Assembly (NCBI GenBank): GCA_963820735.1
Contig: CAWGBA010000005.1
Coordinates: forward strand, 8,560-72,559
Source of the DNA: an uncultured Chloroflexia bacterium
Lineage (GTDB): Bacteria; Chloroflexota; Limnocylindria; Limnocylindrales; CSP1-4
Length of the DNA: 64,000 bases
Direction: 5' to 3'
Part shown: positions 17,944-27,373 of the stretch, one piece after another
How the letters are laid out: every line of letters starts with the position of its first letter
How positions within the stretch are numbered: the first letter of the stretch is position 1
Program-made: the position numbers and the translations under genes
The notes under the pieces: model-generated
What the model saw: only the letters and a program-made list of their open reading frames with translations
What the model was told of the DNA's origin: nothing
Database searches by the model: none

Positions 17944-20196
17944 GGCTTCGCCTCGTCGGGGTGGAGGGCTTCCCAGACACGCTGCGGGGTGAGCGGCAGG
18001 TCGCGAATGCTCACGCCCGTGGCGGCTCGCACGGCCGACGCGATTGCCGGCGCGATCGGCAGGAGGGCGCCCTCGCTCATGCCCTTGGCGCCGTACGGCC
18101 CGGGTCCGTCGCCGTTCTCGATCGTGTCGCTTTCCATCTCCAGCGGCAGGTCCATGCTGGTCGGGATGCGGTAGTCGATCGCGCCCAGGTTCCGGATGCG
18201 CCCCTCGTCGTCGAGGATGTAGTGCTCCATGACCGTGTGGCCGAGCCCCATGACGGCAGCGCCCTCGTCCTGACCGCGCACCTGCGCCGGGTTGAGTGCC
18301 TTGCCCACGTCCGACACCGTCACGTGCCGATGGATGGTGATGTCGCCCGTGTCGCGGTCGACCGACAGCTCGACCGCAGTGCAGTTGAACTCGTAGAACG
18401 CGGCCGTACCACCCAGCGGATGGTCCTCGTCCGCCTCCTTGCGTGATTCACCCACGCCGATCACCTCACCGCCCAGGCGTCCCAGCCCGCGAACGAGCAC
18501 GTCCCGGATCGACCAGGTGCGGTCACCGATGGTCACCGAGCCCGCATCGACCGTGACAGCCGCCTCTTCCACCCCCTCCTGGCGCGCCGCCATTCCCGCC
18601 AGCTTGCCCTGGATCTGCCGGCACGCATCGAGCACTGCGTTGCCCATCACCACGGACGAGCGGCTCGCGGATGTTTGCTGGTCGTACGGGACGATCGCGG
18701 TATCGCCCATCACGACCGTCACCCAGTCGATCGGGGCGCCGAGCTCGTGGGCACAGATCTGGGCGAAGATCGTCCGCGCACCCTGGCCCATGTCCGACGT
18801 GCCGGCGTAGACCAGGACGCTGCCATCCGCGAGGACGCGCACCGTCGAATAGCTGAGACCGGTTGTCGGGCCGGACTTGAGCCCAACCGCGATGCCGCGC
18901 CCACGACCCGGCTTCAGCGGCGCGCGTCCAGCCGATTATCTCGGCGGCTCGATTGACCGTGTCCGACCAGCGGCCGTCAGCGGGCGTGTCTCCGGGGATG
19001 AACGCATCGCCGCGCTCGGGGAGGTTTCGCAACCGCAGCTGCAGCGGGTCGATGCCGAGCAGTCGCGCGGCCTCGTCGATGTTCGACTCGACCGCCCAGA
19101 TCTGCTGCGGATTGCCGAAGCCACGGAACGCGGTGGAGGGGACCGTGTTGGAGAGGATGCTGCGGCCGACGATCCGCACGGCCGGGATCCGGTACGGCCC
19201 TCCAGAGGTGTACGAGCCCTTGGCGACCGTTCGGTCGGCGATGTCCGCGAACGCGCCGATCAGGTAGTCGGCGTCGACCGTGCGGAAGGTGAGGCAGCCA
19301 TCCTTCTGGAACCCGCTCCGGACACGGACGCGTGAGGCACCGCGGCGCACGGTCTGGAACGTCTCTTCCAAGGTCAGCACCAGGCGCATCGGCCGGCCGG
19401 CGCGGAGCGCCATGAACGCCAACAATGGCTCGTACTTGGCGTGCTGCTTGCCGCCGAAGGCCCCGCCCGGATCCGGGGCGAGGACACGAACCTTGGACAG
19501 CGGCAGGTTCAGCAACGACGCCATCACCCGCTGGAGCCAGTTGGGGTGCTGCACCGAGCTCCAGATGGCGATCCCGTCGCCGTCCGGGGCCGCGACGAAC
19601 GAGTGCGGCTCGATGGCGAACTGGGTGACCATCGGAAAGGAATAGACGCCCTCGACGACGACGTCGGACGCGCGCTCGGCGGTCTCCACGTCCCCCCAGC
19701 CGTAGCGGTGCTCGCGCAGGACGTTGGTGTTCGCGAGTGCGTCGTTCGGGCGGAGCGATGGGTCCTGGACGAGCGGTGCACCGGGCGCCAGAGCGGCGTC
19801 GATCGAAGCGACGGCGGGGAGTGCCTCGAAGTCGACACGGACAAGGGATGCGGCCGCTTCCGCGAGATCGAGCGTCTCCGCCGCGACGGCGGCTACCGGC
19901 TGGCCGTGATAGACGACCTCTCCATCGGCGATGACGGGCCGATCGCGAAACTGGGGCCCGAAGCGAGGCACGGGCTGTGGCAGGTCCACCGCCGAGAACA
20001 CCATCCGGACGCCGTCGAGCGCCAGCGCGGCAGTTGGATCGATCGAGCGGATCCGAGCGCGCGCCGCGTCGACGGTGACGAGCTTGACGCGCAGCGCGTC
20101 CTCGAATCGGATGTCGGCGACGTACACCTGGCGACCGGTCACACGGTCCAGGCCTCCGACGCGCACCGTTGGGCCACCGATCCCGTTGCCGCTCAC
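17940..20196 (-). CDS. xanthine dehydrogenase/CoxL-family molybdopterin-binding subunit, one frameshift near 18925
   Basis: GTG at 20196 overlaps the 2Fe-2S gene stop. The N-terminal part lies in ORF 18523-20874 (VGGLDRVTGRQVYVADI...DPGGAFGGKQH...AFRGFGNPQ). The C-terminal part is ORF 17940-18842 (GTSDMGQGARTIFAQI...PYGAKGMSEGALLP). Confidence 0.85.
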
Positions 20197-20678
20197 CTCG
20201 GTACGCCCTCGGCAGCCAGCAGCACGGCCTCGATGATCTGCTGGTATCCCGCGCAGCGGCAGTAGTTTCCGGCGATGCCCTCCTCGACCTGGGCACGCGT
20301 CGGATTTGGTGTCGTCTCGAGCAACGCGTGTGCCGACATCAGCTGGCCCGGGATGCAGAAGCCGCACTGGGCAGCGCCGGTCTCGAGGAACGCCTGCTGG
20401 ACCCGTGACAGCTCCCCGTTGCGTGCCAAGCCTTCGACGGTCATGACCTCGCCGCCGTCTGCCTCCGCCGCGAGGACGAGGCACGCATCCACGCTGCGGC
20501 CGTCGAGCATCACGGTGCAGGCGCCGCATTCGCCAACCAGGCAGCAGGCCTTGGACCCGGTCAGCCGCAGGTCGTCGCGGAGGACATCGAGCAGCGTGTG
20601 GAATGGTTCGATCGCGACCGTGCGTGGCCGTCCGTTCACGGTGAGCGATAGCTCGTACGTGGGAACGCCGATCATCAC
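20193..20678 (-). CDS. (2Fe-2S)-binding small subunit of the Mo hydroxylase
   Basis: 161 aa with CCLVGECGACTV and CGFCIPG...CRCAGY cysteine motifs. It overlaps both neighbours by 4 nt. Confidence 0.9.
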   Translation of the reverse strand: MMIGVPTYELSLTVNGRPRTVAIEPFHTLLDVLRDDLRLTGSKACCLVGECGACTVMLDGRSVDACLVLAAEADGGEVMTVEGLARNGELSRVQQAFLETGAAQCGFCIPGQLMSAHALLETTPNPTRAQVEEGIAGNYCRCAGYQQIIEAVLLAAEGVPR

Positions 20679-21540
20679 GCCGGGGCCCCGTCCCGAAGGC
20701 GACGGTTTGCCTCGTCGATCCCACGCAGGGCCAGCACGCGCAGCATCGCGACGCGATACGCCGGGCTGGCACGCATCGACCGTGGGGACGGGCGCGCGCC
20801 GGCCAGCAGTGGCGCCAGCAGCTCCTCGCGCCGAGCCACAGACGTCGCAGGGTCGGCCAGCTCGCCGGAATCATCCGACACGATCAGGGGACGCGGCCCC
20901 AGGCTGCCGTAGGCCAGCCGGAGGTGTTGCCGCTGATCGACCGCGACCGCCAGCGTCACCGAAGCCAGGTCATGTCCGCGCCTTCGCGTCCGTCGGAGAT
21001 GCACCGAGGCCATCCGCTCGGCCTGCACGGGCAGCTCGACGGCCGTGACGACCTCGCCACGCGCAACGGCGGTGGTTCCGGGTCCCACGAGGAATTCGTC
21101 GATCGGGACACGCGCTCGCCGTCGGGGCCGGAACAGGCCACTAGAGCGCCATAAACCAACAGTGCCGGCAGCGTGTCCGCGGCCGGGGACGCATTGCAGA
21201 TGTTCCCCGGCAGAGTCGCGCGATTGCGGATCTGGACCGATCCGACGTATGCGGCAGCTTCCGCGAGCGCGGTGAAATCCCGCCGAATGCGTGGGTGGTT
21301 GGCGATGTCCTCCATGACCGCGAGCGCCCCGATCACGAGGCGATCGCCCCTGATCTCGATCCGGTCGTCGAGCTCGGCGACACGCTTCAGGTCGACGACA
21401 CGGTCCGGCCGGATCGAGCCATCGCGCAGTCCGATGATCAGGTCCGTTCCGCCGGCAAGCGGCACCGCACTCGGATCCGCGGCGAGGATCGCGTGAGCCT
21501 CGAGCAGCGAGTGCGGGCGCTCGTAGACGAATGGACGCAT
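20675..21540 (-). CDS. FAD-binding medium subunit of the Mo hydroxylase, one frameshift near 21090
   Basis: The ATG at 21540 gives MRPFVYERPHSLLEAHAIL...PLAGGTDLIIGLRDG in ORF 20956-21840. The C-terminal part is ORF 20675-21088 (ASVHLRRTRRRGHDLASVTLAVAV). Confidence 0.8.
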
Positions 21541-21542
21541 CG

Positions 21543-22427
21543 CTACAGGATGCGGTCCACCTGGTCCAGGAGCACCTGCGGGGTCGCGGCGCGTACGAAG
21601 TAGAACGGACGCGAGCAGAACCGCTCGACGAAGGCGGCGCGTTCCCGGCGCAGCTCGTCCCGATCGAGCAGCGGCATCGGGAAGCCCGGCGCGAGCAGCT
21701 CGTTCGTCAAGAAGTAGTTCTGGACCGAGTGGAAGGTCTGGAACTGGCGCTCGAAGGGGATCATCTCGGCCATCGCGGGCGCGAAGTTGCCGTCGATTGC
21801 GGGAACGATGACGATGTCGACGTTGGTCGGCTCCGTCCAAACCTCCCAGGTGGGCAGCCCACCGAAGAACTTGTCGACGCCGACTTCCGCCTCCGCCTTG
21901 TCGGCACGCTCGGTCCCCTCGGTTCGCTTCTTGAGGAAGACCGACTTGGAGCCGAGGACCGCGCGGCCGCCGTCATCGATGATCGTGGTCTCGGTCGACA
22001 CCAGGAGGCCGCCGCGGCGGCATGCCTCCACCTGGCCCATCGTCTTGCCGTGGTTCGACTCGCCGCCCAGGAACAGCACCGTCTTGTCTCGGTAGCGCAC
22101 CGCCGACGAATGGAACGGATGGAGTCCGTGCCGCTCCATCTTCAGCGCCAGAAGCGACACGATCGTCTTCTGGATCGGGCCCGCAGGCCACGGGCCGTGG
22201 AAGATCAGCTGCCCGCCCGCCCACGCGATGTCTTTCGGCCGATCCTCGCGGATGACGATGTCCGGCGTGTCGAGGGTCACCGGAGACTCGTGCACCTCGG
22301 CAAGCCGGTAGTTGAGGAAGCTCATGTCCTCGAGCAACTGCTCCCGCGGCGTACTACCGAGGACGTCCGCGCGGAGGCGCACGCCGGCAGCTTCGAACTC
22401 GGACGACAGCTGCAGGGTCTCGGTCAC
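21543..22427 (-). CDS. HPr-kinase-like P-loop protein (HprK C-terminal-domain fold suspected), function unknown
   Basis: GTG at 22427 is preceded by GAGGAG and overlaps the GntR stop (GTGA). FHSSAVRYRDKTVLFLGGESNHGKTMG...LVSTETTIIDDGG resembles the HprK-type LH..AV...G.GVLI.G.SG.GKS...L.SDD pattern. The P-loop is encoded at 22041-22067. Confidence 0.5.
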   Translation of the reverse strand: MTETLQLSSEFEAAGVRLRADVLGSTPREQLLEDMSFLNYRLAEVHESPVTLDTPDIVIREDRPKDIAWAGGQLIFHGPWPAGPIQKTIVSLLALKMERHGLHPFHSSAVRYRDKTVLFLGGESNHGKTMGQVEACRRGGLLVSTETTIIDDGGRAVLGSKSVFLKKRTEGTERADKAEAEVGVDKFFGGLPTWEVWTEPTNVDIVIVPAIDGNFAPAMAEMIPFERQFQTFHSVQNYFLTNELLAPGFPMPLLDRDELRRERAAFVERFCSRPFYFVRAATPQVLLDQVDRIL

Positions 22428-23107
22428 GACGGCTCCTCGGTTTCCATGTCTGCTTCCGGCCAGCGCCCGGACATGTTCTCGGCGGCTTCTTCGAAGTGTC
22501 CCGCGAGCGCACCGGCGACGGCAGCGGCATCCCGTGCGCGCAAGGCCTCGATGATGGGCGTATGGAGGTGTGCCGACCAGGTCGGGTCGGCGCCACGTGC
22601 GAAGAGGCTGATGTAGGTCCGCGAGTATGGCTGCAGCCCGCGCCAGGTCCGCTCGAGCGTGCGGTTGTCGGCCAGCTCGACGATCCGTTCGTGGAAGCGC
22701 GCGTCCCAATCGGCGACGGCGTGCCCGTCACCGCGCGCCGCGGCGCGGTCCATCTGCTCGCCATAGTCCACGAGCTCGGCGACCTGTGGGTCGCTCATGC
22801 GCGGCACCGCCAACGTCGCGGCGAAGGTCTCCAGCGCCGACCGGACGCCATACGCCTCGAGGATCTCGCGCCGGCTCGGACGGCGAACCCGTGCGCCACG
22901 GAACGGCGAGATCTCGACGATCCCGACGGCCTCGAGCGCGATCAGCGCCTCTCGGACCGGTGCCTGGCTGGTGCCAAGCTCCCGGGCCACCTGCGTCTCC
23001 ACGATTCGAGCGTCCGGCTCGTAGCGACCCTGAAGGATCCACTGCAGCAGCTGGTCGCGGATCTGGTCGGCGAGGACGGCGCGAGTGAGCGCCGGCGCGG
23101 TGGTCAT
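22424..23107 (-). CDS. GntR-family transcriptional regulator with FCD-type C-terminal domain
   Basis: The ATG at 23107 gives LADQIRDQLLQWILQGRYEPDARIVETQVARELGTSQAPVREAL (winged HTH), followed by a helical FCD-like domain (FHERIVELADNRTL). Confidence 0.85.
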   Translation of the reverse strand: MTTAPALTRAVLADQIRDQLLQWILQGRYEPDARIVETQVARELGTSQAPVREALIALEAVGIVEISPFRGARVRRPSRREILEAYGVRSALETFAATLAVPRMSDPQVAELVDYGEQMDRAAARGDGHAVADWDARFHERIVELADNRTLERTWRGLQPYSRTYISLFARGADPTWSAHLHTPIIEALRARDAAAVAGALAGHFEEAAENMSGRWPEADMETEEPS

Positions 23108-23115
23108 CGATACGG

Positions 23116-24894
23116 CTACGACCCGACGGGGGAAGGGGACGCGGCTTCGGTTCCGCTCGCGGCACGCGCAAGGATCTCGACCGTGCCGGTCGAACCGTTG
23201 ACGCGGATCCGGTCGCCCGTGGAGATGCGCTGCGTCGCCACGGAGGTGCCGATCACCGCGGGAATGCCGAACTCGCGTGACAGCACCGCCGGATGCGAGG
23301 TCGTGCCGCCGGTGTCGGTGACGAGGCCGCTGATCTTGGTGAAGAGCACGACCCATGCGGGGTTGGTCATCTGGCACACGAGGATGTCTCCATCGCTCAC
23401 TTCGTCGAACTCGTCGACGGTGCGGACGACGCGAGCCAGACCCTCGACCACGCCCGGTGACCCACAGATGCCGTGGATCGTGTCCATGTCCGCCGAGTGC
23501 GCGCGCTCGAATCGTTCCGGGTAGCCCCAGTTGACGAGGTACGGGAAGGCCAGCTGCGAGGGCGTCACGGTACCGACCCAGTCGCGCGGGTGAACCTTGG
23601 CTGCGTCCTGTCGCTCGCGGCGCCGCTGGGCGACCAGCCCGCGGGCGTCGATCGCGTCACTGCCCCCGATCAGGATCCGCAGCTCGTTGTAGCGCAGGAA
23701 CATCACGTCGTCGGACCGCTCCAGCCGACCGGCATCGACCAACTTCGCCCCGACTGCGAGCAGCACCAGGCGGACGTGCGCGTTGGCGCCCTGGTCGATG
23801 TAGAAGTGGTGGTCCGGTGTCAGTGGCGCCATGCGCAGGTTGACGGCGTTGGCGGCTGCCAGCTCATCGCGAGCGTTTCCTTCGAGCCCGCTCAACAGCT
23901 CGTTCGACGCGGCCTCGATGTCCTTGCGCATCGTGTCGATTGCCGCTGGGTAGTCGTAGTCGCTTTCGAGGTAGCCGCGGATCAGCGTCAGGATCGGCTC
24001 GGTCTCCTCGCGCGCCGTCGGGTAGATGAACTCGTGGCTCCAGACGGCGTGCCAGCCGAACTCGCGCTGGTAGGGGTCCATCCGCTCGGCGAGGAACCTG
24101 TGGCCGCGTTCGCTCGCTCCGAGCCGCGCCGCGATCTCGTGCGCGTCCTCCTGGCCAAAGGCGGCGCGCAGCTCAGGATCGTCGCGTACCTCGTTCTTCA
24201 TCCGCCAGAGCGCTTCGATCGAGTCCCAGTTCCGATCGGTCGCCGAGTTCTGGAGCCGGCCCAGGAGCTCGTCGTCCACCGAGCCCCGCGTCTTTTCCAT
24301 GACCGCGCGCAGGTTCAGCGTGGCCGACAGCTGCGCGAAGTTGAGCATCCAGTGGATCTTCCAGTGCCGGTCGTGGACGTCGATGGCGTCCTCGAGCAGC
24401 GTGGCGGTCTCGGCGAGGCTCATCGCATCGGCCGCGTCGAGGCGTTCTTCGAGGTACGCGAAGTTGCGCTGCATCTCCGGCACCAGCCGGTCGCGCCACC
24501 AGTCCGCGAAATGCTCGCCGTACACGGGCAAAACCGTGTCGAGGTATTTGCCCATCTCCGCGCCGAAGAACCCGTCTCGTGGCACGCGCGCGCCGTACCG
24601 CGACGAGTACTCGGTGCCGTCGATGCGCAGGTCCGGATCGGCCGGGATCGCGGTCGTGTAGACGTAGCCGTTGACGTTCTTGGCCAGCCAATCGACAGCG
24701 AAGGGCGTGCCGAAACGGCGGAACATGTGGTCGCAGGAGAGCCACCAGCCACCGATGTCAAAGAACATCGGGCTGACCGGGTTGGGGATGTGGAGGTCGT
24801 CGTAGACCCAGAAGAAGTCCTTCTCGGCGTCCGACGCCCACTCCACGGGGAACGTCGCATCGCCCAGGAACTGGTCGAGGATCTGCTCGGTCAC
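23116..24894 (-). CDS. PEP-utilising-enzyme family protein: large N-terminal domain plus C-terminal phosphohistidine swivel domain, no ATP-grasp seen (PpsA-like architecture)
   Basis: Uninterrupted 592-aa ORF from GTG 24894, with GGAGG upstream. The C-terminal swivel motif reads LVTDTGGTTSHPAVLSREFGIPAVIGT. Confidence 0.75.
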   Translation of the reverse strand: MTEQILDQFLGDATFPVEWASDAEKDFFWVYDDLHIPNPVSPMFFDIGGWWLSCDHMFRRFGTPFAVDWLAKNVNGYVYTTAIPADPDLRIDGTEYSSRYGARVPRDGFFGAEMGKYLDTVLPVYGEHFADWWRDRLVPEMQRNFAYLEERLDAADAMSLAETATLLEDAIDVHDRHWKIHWMLNFAQLSATLNLRAVMEKTRGSVDDELLGRLQNSATDRNWDSIEALWRMKNEVRDDPELRAAFGQEDAHEIAARLGASERGHRFLAERMDPYQREFGWHAVWSHEFIYPTAREETEPILTLIRGYLESDYDYPAAIDTMRKDIEAASNELLSGLEGNARDELAAANAVNLRMAPLTPDHHFYIDQGANAHVRLVLLAVGAKLVDAGRLERSDDVMFLRYNELRILIGGSDAIDARGLVAQRRRERQDAAKVHPRDWVGTVTPSQLAFPYLVNWGYPERFERAHSADMDTIHGICGSPGVVEGLARVVRTVDEFDEVSDGDILVCQMTNPAWVVLFTKISGLVTDTGGTTSHPAVLSREFGIPAVIGTSVATQRISTGDRIRVNGSTGTVEILARAASGTEAASPSPVGS

Positions 24895-24918
24895 GCTTTT
24901 CCTCCGCAGCGCTGCGCG

Positions 24919-25002
24919 CTGCTGCGCGCGAACCGGTCGGGTCCCAGCCGTTTTGCTTCGCAGGTCTCCGACCTGCTGCGCGCGAACCGGTCGGGTCCCA
25001 GC
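24919..25002. repeat. two identical 30-nt direct repeats, 54 nt apart start to start
   Basis: ctgctgcgcgcgaaccggtcgggtcccagc occurs at 24919-24948 and again at 24973-25002, in the 109-nt gap between the ABM gene end and the PEP-utilising gene start. Confidence 0.9.
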
Positions 25003-25003
25003 G

Positions 25004-25365
25004 TCACCGCTGGGCTCCGTCCGTCGCTTGCAGCCGCTGGGCTCCGTCCGTCGCTTGCGACCCGCCGTCAGCTTCGGAGTCGACAAGTTCGAGAATCGCG
25101 CCGGCGCGACTCGAGGCGGTTCAGGGCGTCGTCGAGCACATATCGGCGGAAGTGATCCGTCTCGCGAGTGCGCCTGGAGCGCGTCCTGGGACTCGAACTG
25201 CTCGTACAGGAAGAACGTGCGCGGGTCGTCCACGGCGCGATGGACGCGGAACAGCGTGCAGCCGGGCTCCTTGCGGCTTTCCACGGCCATCTTCCGCAGA
25301 AGGTTCAGGACCGCGTCTTCTTCGCCCGGCTTTGCGTTCCACGTGGCAGCGATCACGTACGACAT
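25004..25365 (-). CDS. antibiotic-biosynthesis-monooxygenase (ABM) family small protein, frameshifted; 3' end uncertain
   Basis: The ATG at 25365 gives MSYVIAATWNAKPGEEDAVLNLLRKMAVESRKEPGCTLFRVHRAVDDPRTFFLYEQFESQDALQAHS. Continuation ETDHFRRYVLDDALNRLES needs a frame change near 25150. A further change gives a tail ending at TGA 25004-25006. Confidence 0.55.
25007..25060. repeat. 27-nt tandem repeat x2 (26/27 identical)
   Basis: ccgctgggctccgtccgtcgcttgcag at 25007-25033 and ccgctgggctccgtccgtcgcttgcga at 25034-25060. If coding, it would add LQATDGAQR twice to the ABM tail. Confidence 0.85.
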
Positions 25366-25405
25366 CGGGCGACCCAGCCCTTTCTTGGCTCTTGGCGGAT
25401 CATCG

Positions 25406-25417
25406 ATCATCGATGAT
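25406..25417. promoter_or_regulatory. perfect 12-bp palindrome ATCATCGATGAT in a divergent intergenic region (candidate operator)
   Basis: It lies between the ABM start (25365, minus) and the transaldolase start (25452, plus), embedded in atcatcgatcatcgatgata (25399-25418). A regulatory function is inferred only from position and symmetry. Confidence 0.3.
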
Positions 25418-25451
25418 ACTTGCCCGGAACCACTGAGGGAAGGGAGGCCAG

Positions 25452-26558
25452 ATGGCACTGATGGAGCTTCCGACACGCGTCGAGAGCCCGTTGCTGTCCA
25501 TGGTCACCGCGACTCCGACCGACTATTGGAACAATTCCTGCGCGTCGGCCGAGCTGCAATACGCCGTGGCGCGCGGCGCGACCGGCGCAACCTCGAACCC
25601 CACGATCGTCCTCGAGGTACTGCGCAAGGAGAGCGCCCGTTGGCTGCCGAGGGTCGCCCAACTCGCAACGGAGAACCCCACGTGGACCGAGGTCGATGTG
25701 ACCTGGGCGTTGGTCGAGGAGATGGCAATCGCCGGCGCTCGCATCCTCGAGCCGGTATTCGTCGCCGAGAACGGCCGCAAGGGCCGGCTGTCGATCCAGA
25801 CCAATCCACAGAACTACCGAACCGTCGATGCGATGTTGGAGCAGGGCGTCCGCTTTGCGCGGCTGGCCCCCAACATCCAGGTGAAGTTCCCTGCCACGCG
25901 CGCCGGCCTCGAGGCGATCGAGCGAGCAACCGCTGCGGGCGTGAACATCAACGCCACGGTCAGCTTCACGGTGGCGCAGTCGATCGCCGTTGGCGAAGCG
26001 GTCGAGCGCGGGCTCGACGAGCTGGCTCGGCGTGGCGGTGACGTCTCGTCCATGTCTCCGGTGTGCACGCTGATGGTCGGGCGACTGGACGATTGGATGC
26101 GGGTGATCGCCGACCGCGACGCGGTAGCCATCCATCCCGACGCGCTCGACTGGGCAGGGATTGCCGCGTTCAAGCGCGCCGTAGGGATCTACCGCGAGCA
26201 TGGCTTCCGCACCCGGATGCTGGCAGCCGCATACCGGCACCGCCTTCATTGGACCGAGCTGGTCGGCGGTGACGTCGTGCTGACGATGCCGTACGCCTGG
26301 CAAGTGCGTTTCAACGGCAGCGGTATCGCGCCGGAGTCGCGCATCGATCAGCCCGTGCCGGCGGATCTCCTTGCCGACCTGGCCGCCCGGATCCCGGACT
26401 TCCGGCGCGCGTATGAGCCGGACGGCCTTTCGATCGACGAGTTCGATGGTTACGGCGCGACGGTCCGGACGCTGCGCTCCTTCATTTCCTCGTATCACGA
26501 GCTGCTGGGAGCCGTGCGCGACGTGATGCTGCCCGACCCCGACAAGCGAGGCGCGTGA
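25452..26558 (+). CDS. transaldolase-family protein (long form)
   Basis: Uninterrupted 368 aa with GGGAAGGGAGG upstream. Motifs GATGATSNPTIV and IQVKFPATRAGLEAI (Schiff-base lysine context). Confidence 0.85.
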   Translation: MALMELPTRVESPLLSMVTATPTDYWNNSCASAELQYAVARGATGATSNPTIVLEVLRKESARWLPRVAQLATENPTWTEVDVTWALVEEMAIAGARILEPVFVAENGRKGRLSIQTNPQNYRTVDAMLEQGVRFARLAPNIQVKFPATRAGLEAIERATAAGVNINATVSFTVAQSIAVGEAVERGLDELARRGGDVSSMSPVCTLMVGRLDDWMRVIADRDAVAIHPDALDWAGIAAFKRAVGIYREHGFRTRMLAAAYRHRLHWTELVGGDVVLTMPYAWQVRFNGSGIAPESRIDQPVPADLLADLAARIPDFRRAYEPDGLSIDEFDGYGATVRTLRSFISSYHELLGAVRDVMLPDPDKRGA

Positions 26559-27352
26559 GACACCTGGTGGGCGAGCTCGATCGCTTCAGCCTGGCGGGAA
26601 AGGTCGCGCTCATCACGGGCGGCGGCGGCGGTATCGGGGCGGCGCTGGCCGAGGCGATGGCCGGCGCCGGTGCCAGGGTGGTCGTGTTCGGGCGCACCCA
26701 GGAGCCCTTGGACGCTGCGCTCGCGCGAATTCGGGCCGCGGGCAGCGACGGGGCAGCAATCGTCGCCGACGTGACCGACGACGCGGCGACGGAGTCCGCG
26801 GTGGCGCAGGCAACGGAGCGAGTCGGTCCGATCGACATCCTCGTCAACGCGGTCGGCGGCGGAGCAGGGAAGGCGCTGCACCCGGCCGAGAGCTACCCGC
26901 GCGACGCATGGGACTGGATCATCGAGCTGAACCTGCGCAGCACGGTCGTGCCGACCCAGCCGGTCGCGCGCCGCATGATCGAGCGTGGCTCCGGTGGCGC
27001 CGTGCTGAACATCTCGTCCGTGCGCGCCAACCTCGGGATCAATGCGGGCTACTCGGCGTATGTGGCGGCAAAGGGCGCGATCAGCTCGCTGACGCGCCAG
27101 TGGGCGACCGAATGGGCGCGCCACGGCATCCGCGTGAACGCGATCATGCCCACCTTTGTCGATACACCACAGGTCGCCAGCCTGCTCGCGGACCCGAAGT
27201 TCAAAGCGGGCATCGTCGGGCGGATCCCGCTGGGCCGCGTGGGCGAGACTCGGGATCTGTCCGGTCCCGCGATCTTCCTGGTTTCCGATGCCGCGTCGTT
27301 CGTGACGGGGCACATCCTCTCGATCGACGGCGGCCTGACCGCGACCCAGTAG
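26555..27352 (+). CDS. SDR-family oxidoreductase
   Basis: GTG overlaps the upstream TGA. Motifs ITGGGGGIG, NISS and YVAAK. Confidence 0.85.
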   Translation: MRHLVGELDRFSLAGKVALITGGGGGIGAALAEAMAGAGARVVVFGRTQEPLDAALARIRAAGSDGAAIVADVTDDAATESAVAQATERVGPIDILVNAVGGGAGKALHPAESYPRDAWDWIIELNLRSTVVPTQPVARRMIERGSGGAVLNISSVRANLGINAGYSAYVAAKGAISSLTRQWATEWARHGIRVNAIMPTFVDTPQVASLLADPKFKAGIVGRIPLGRVGETRDLSGPAIFLVSDAASFVTGHILSIDGGLTATQ

Positions 27353-27373
27353 CCCGAAGGAGAACCTCTGCCG

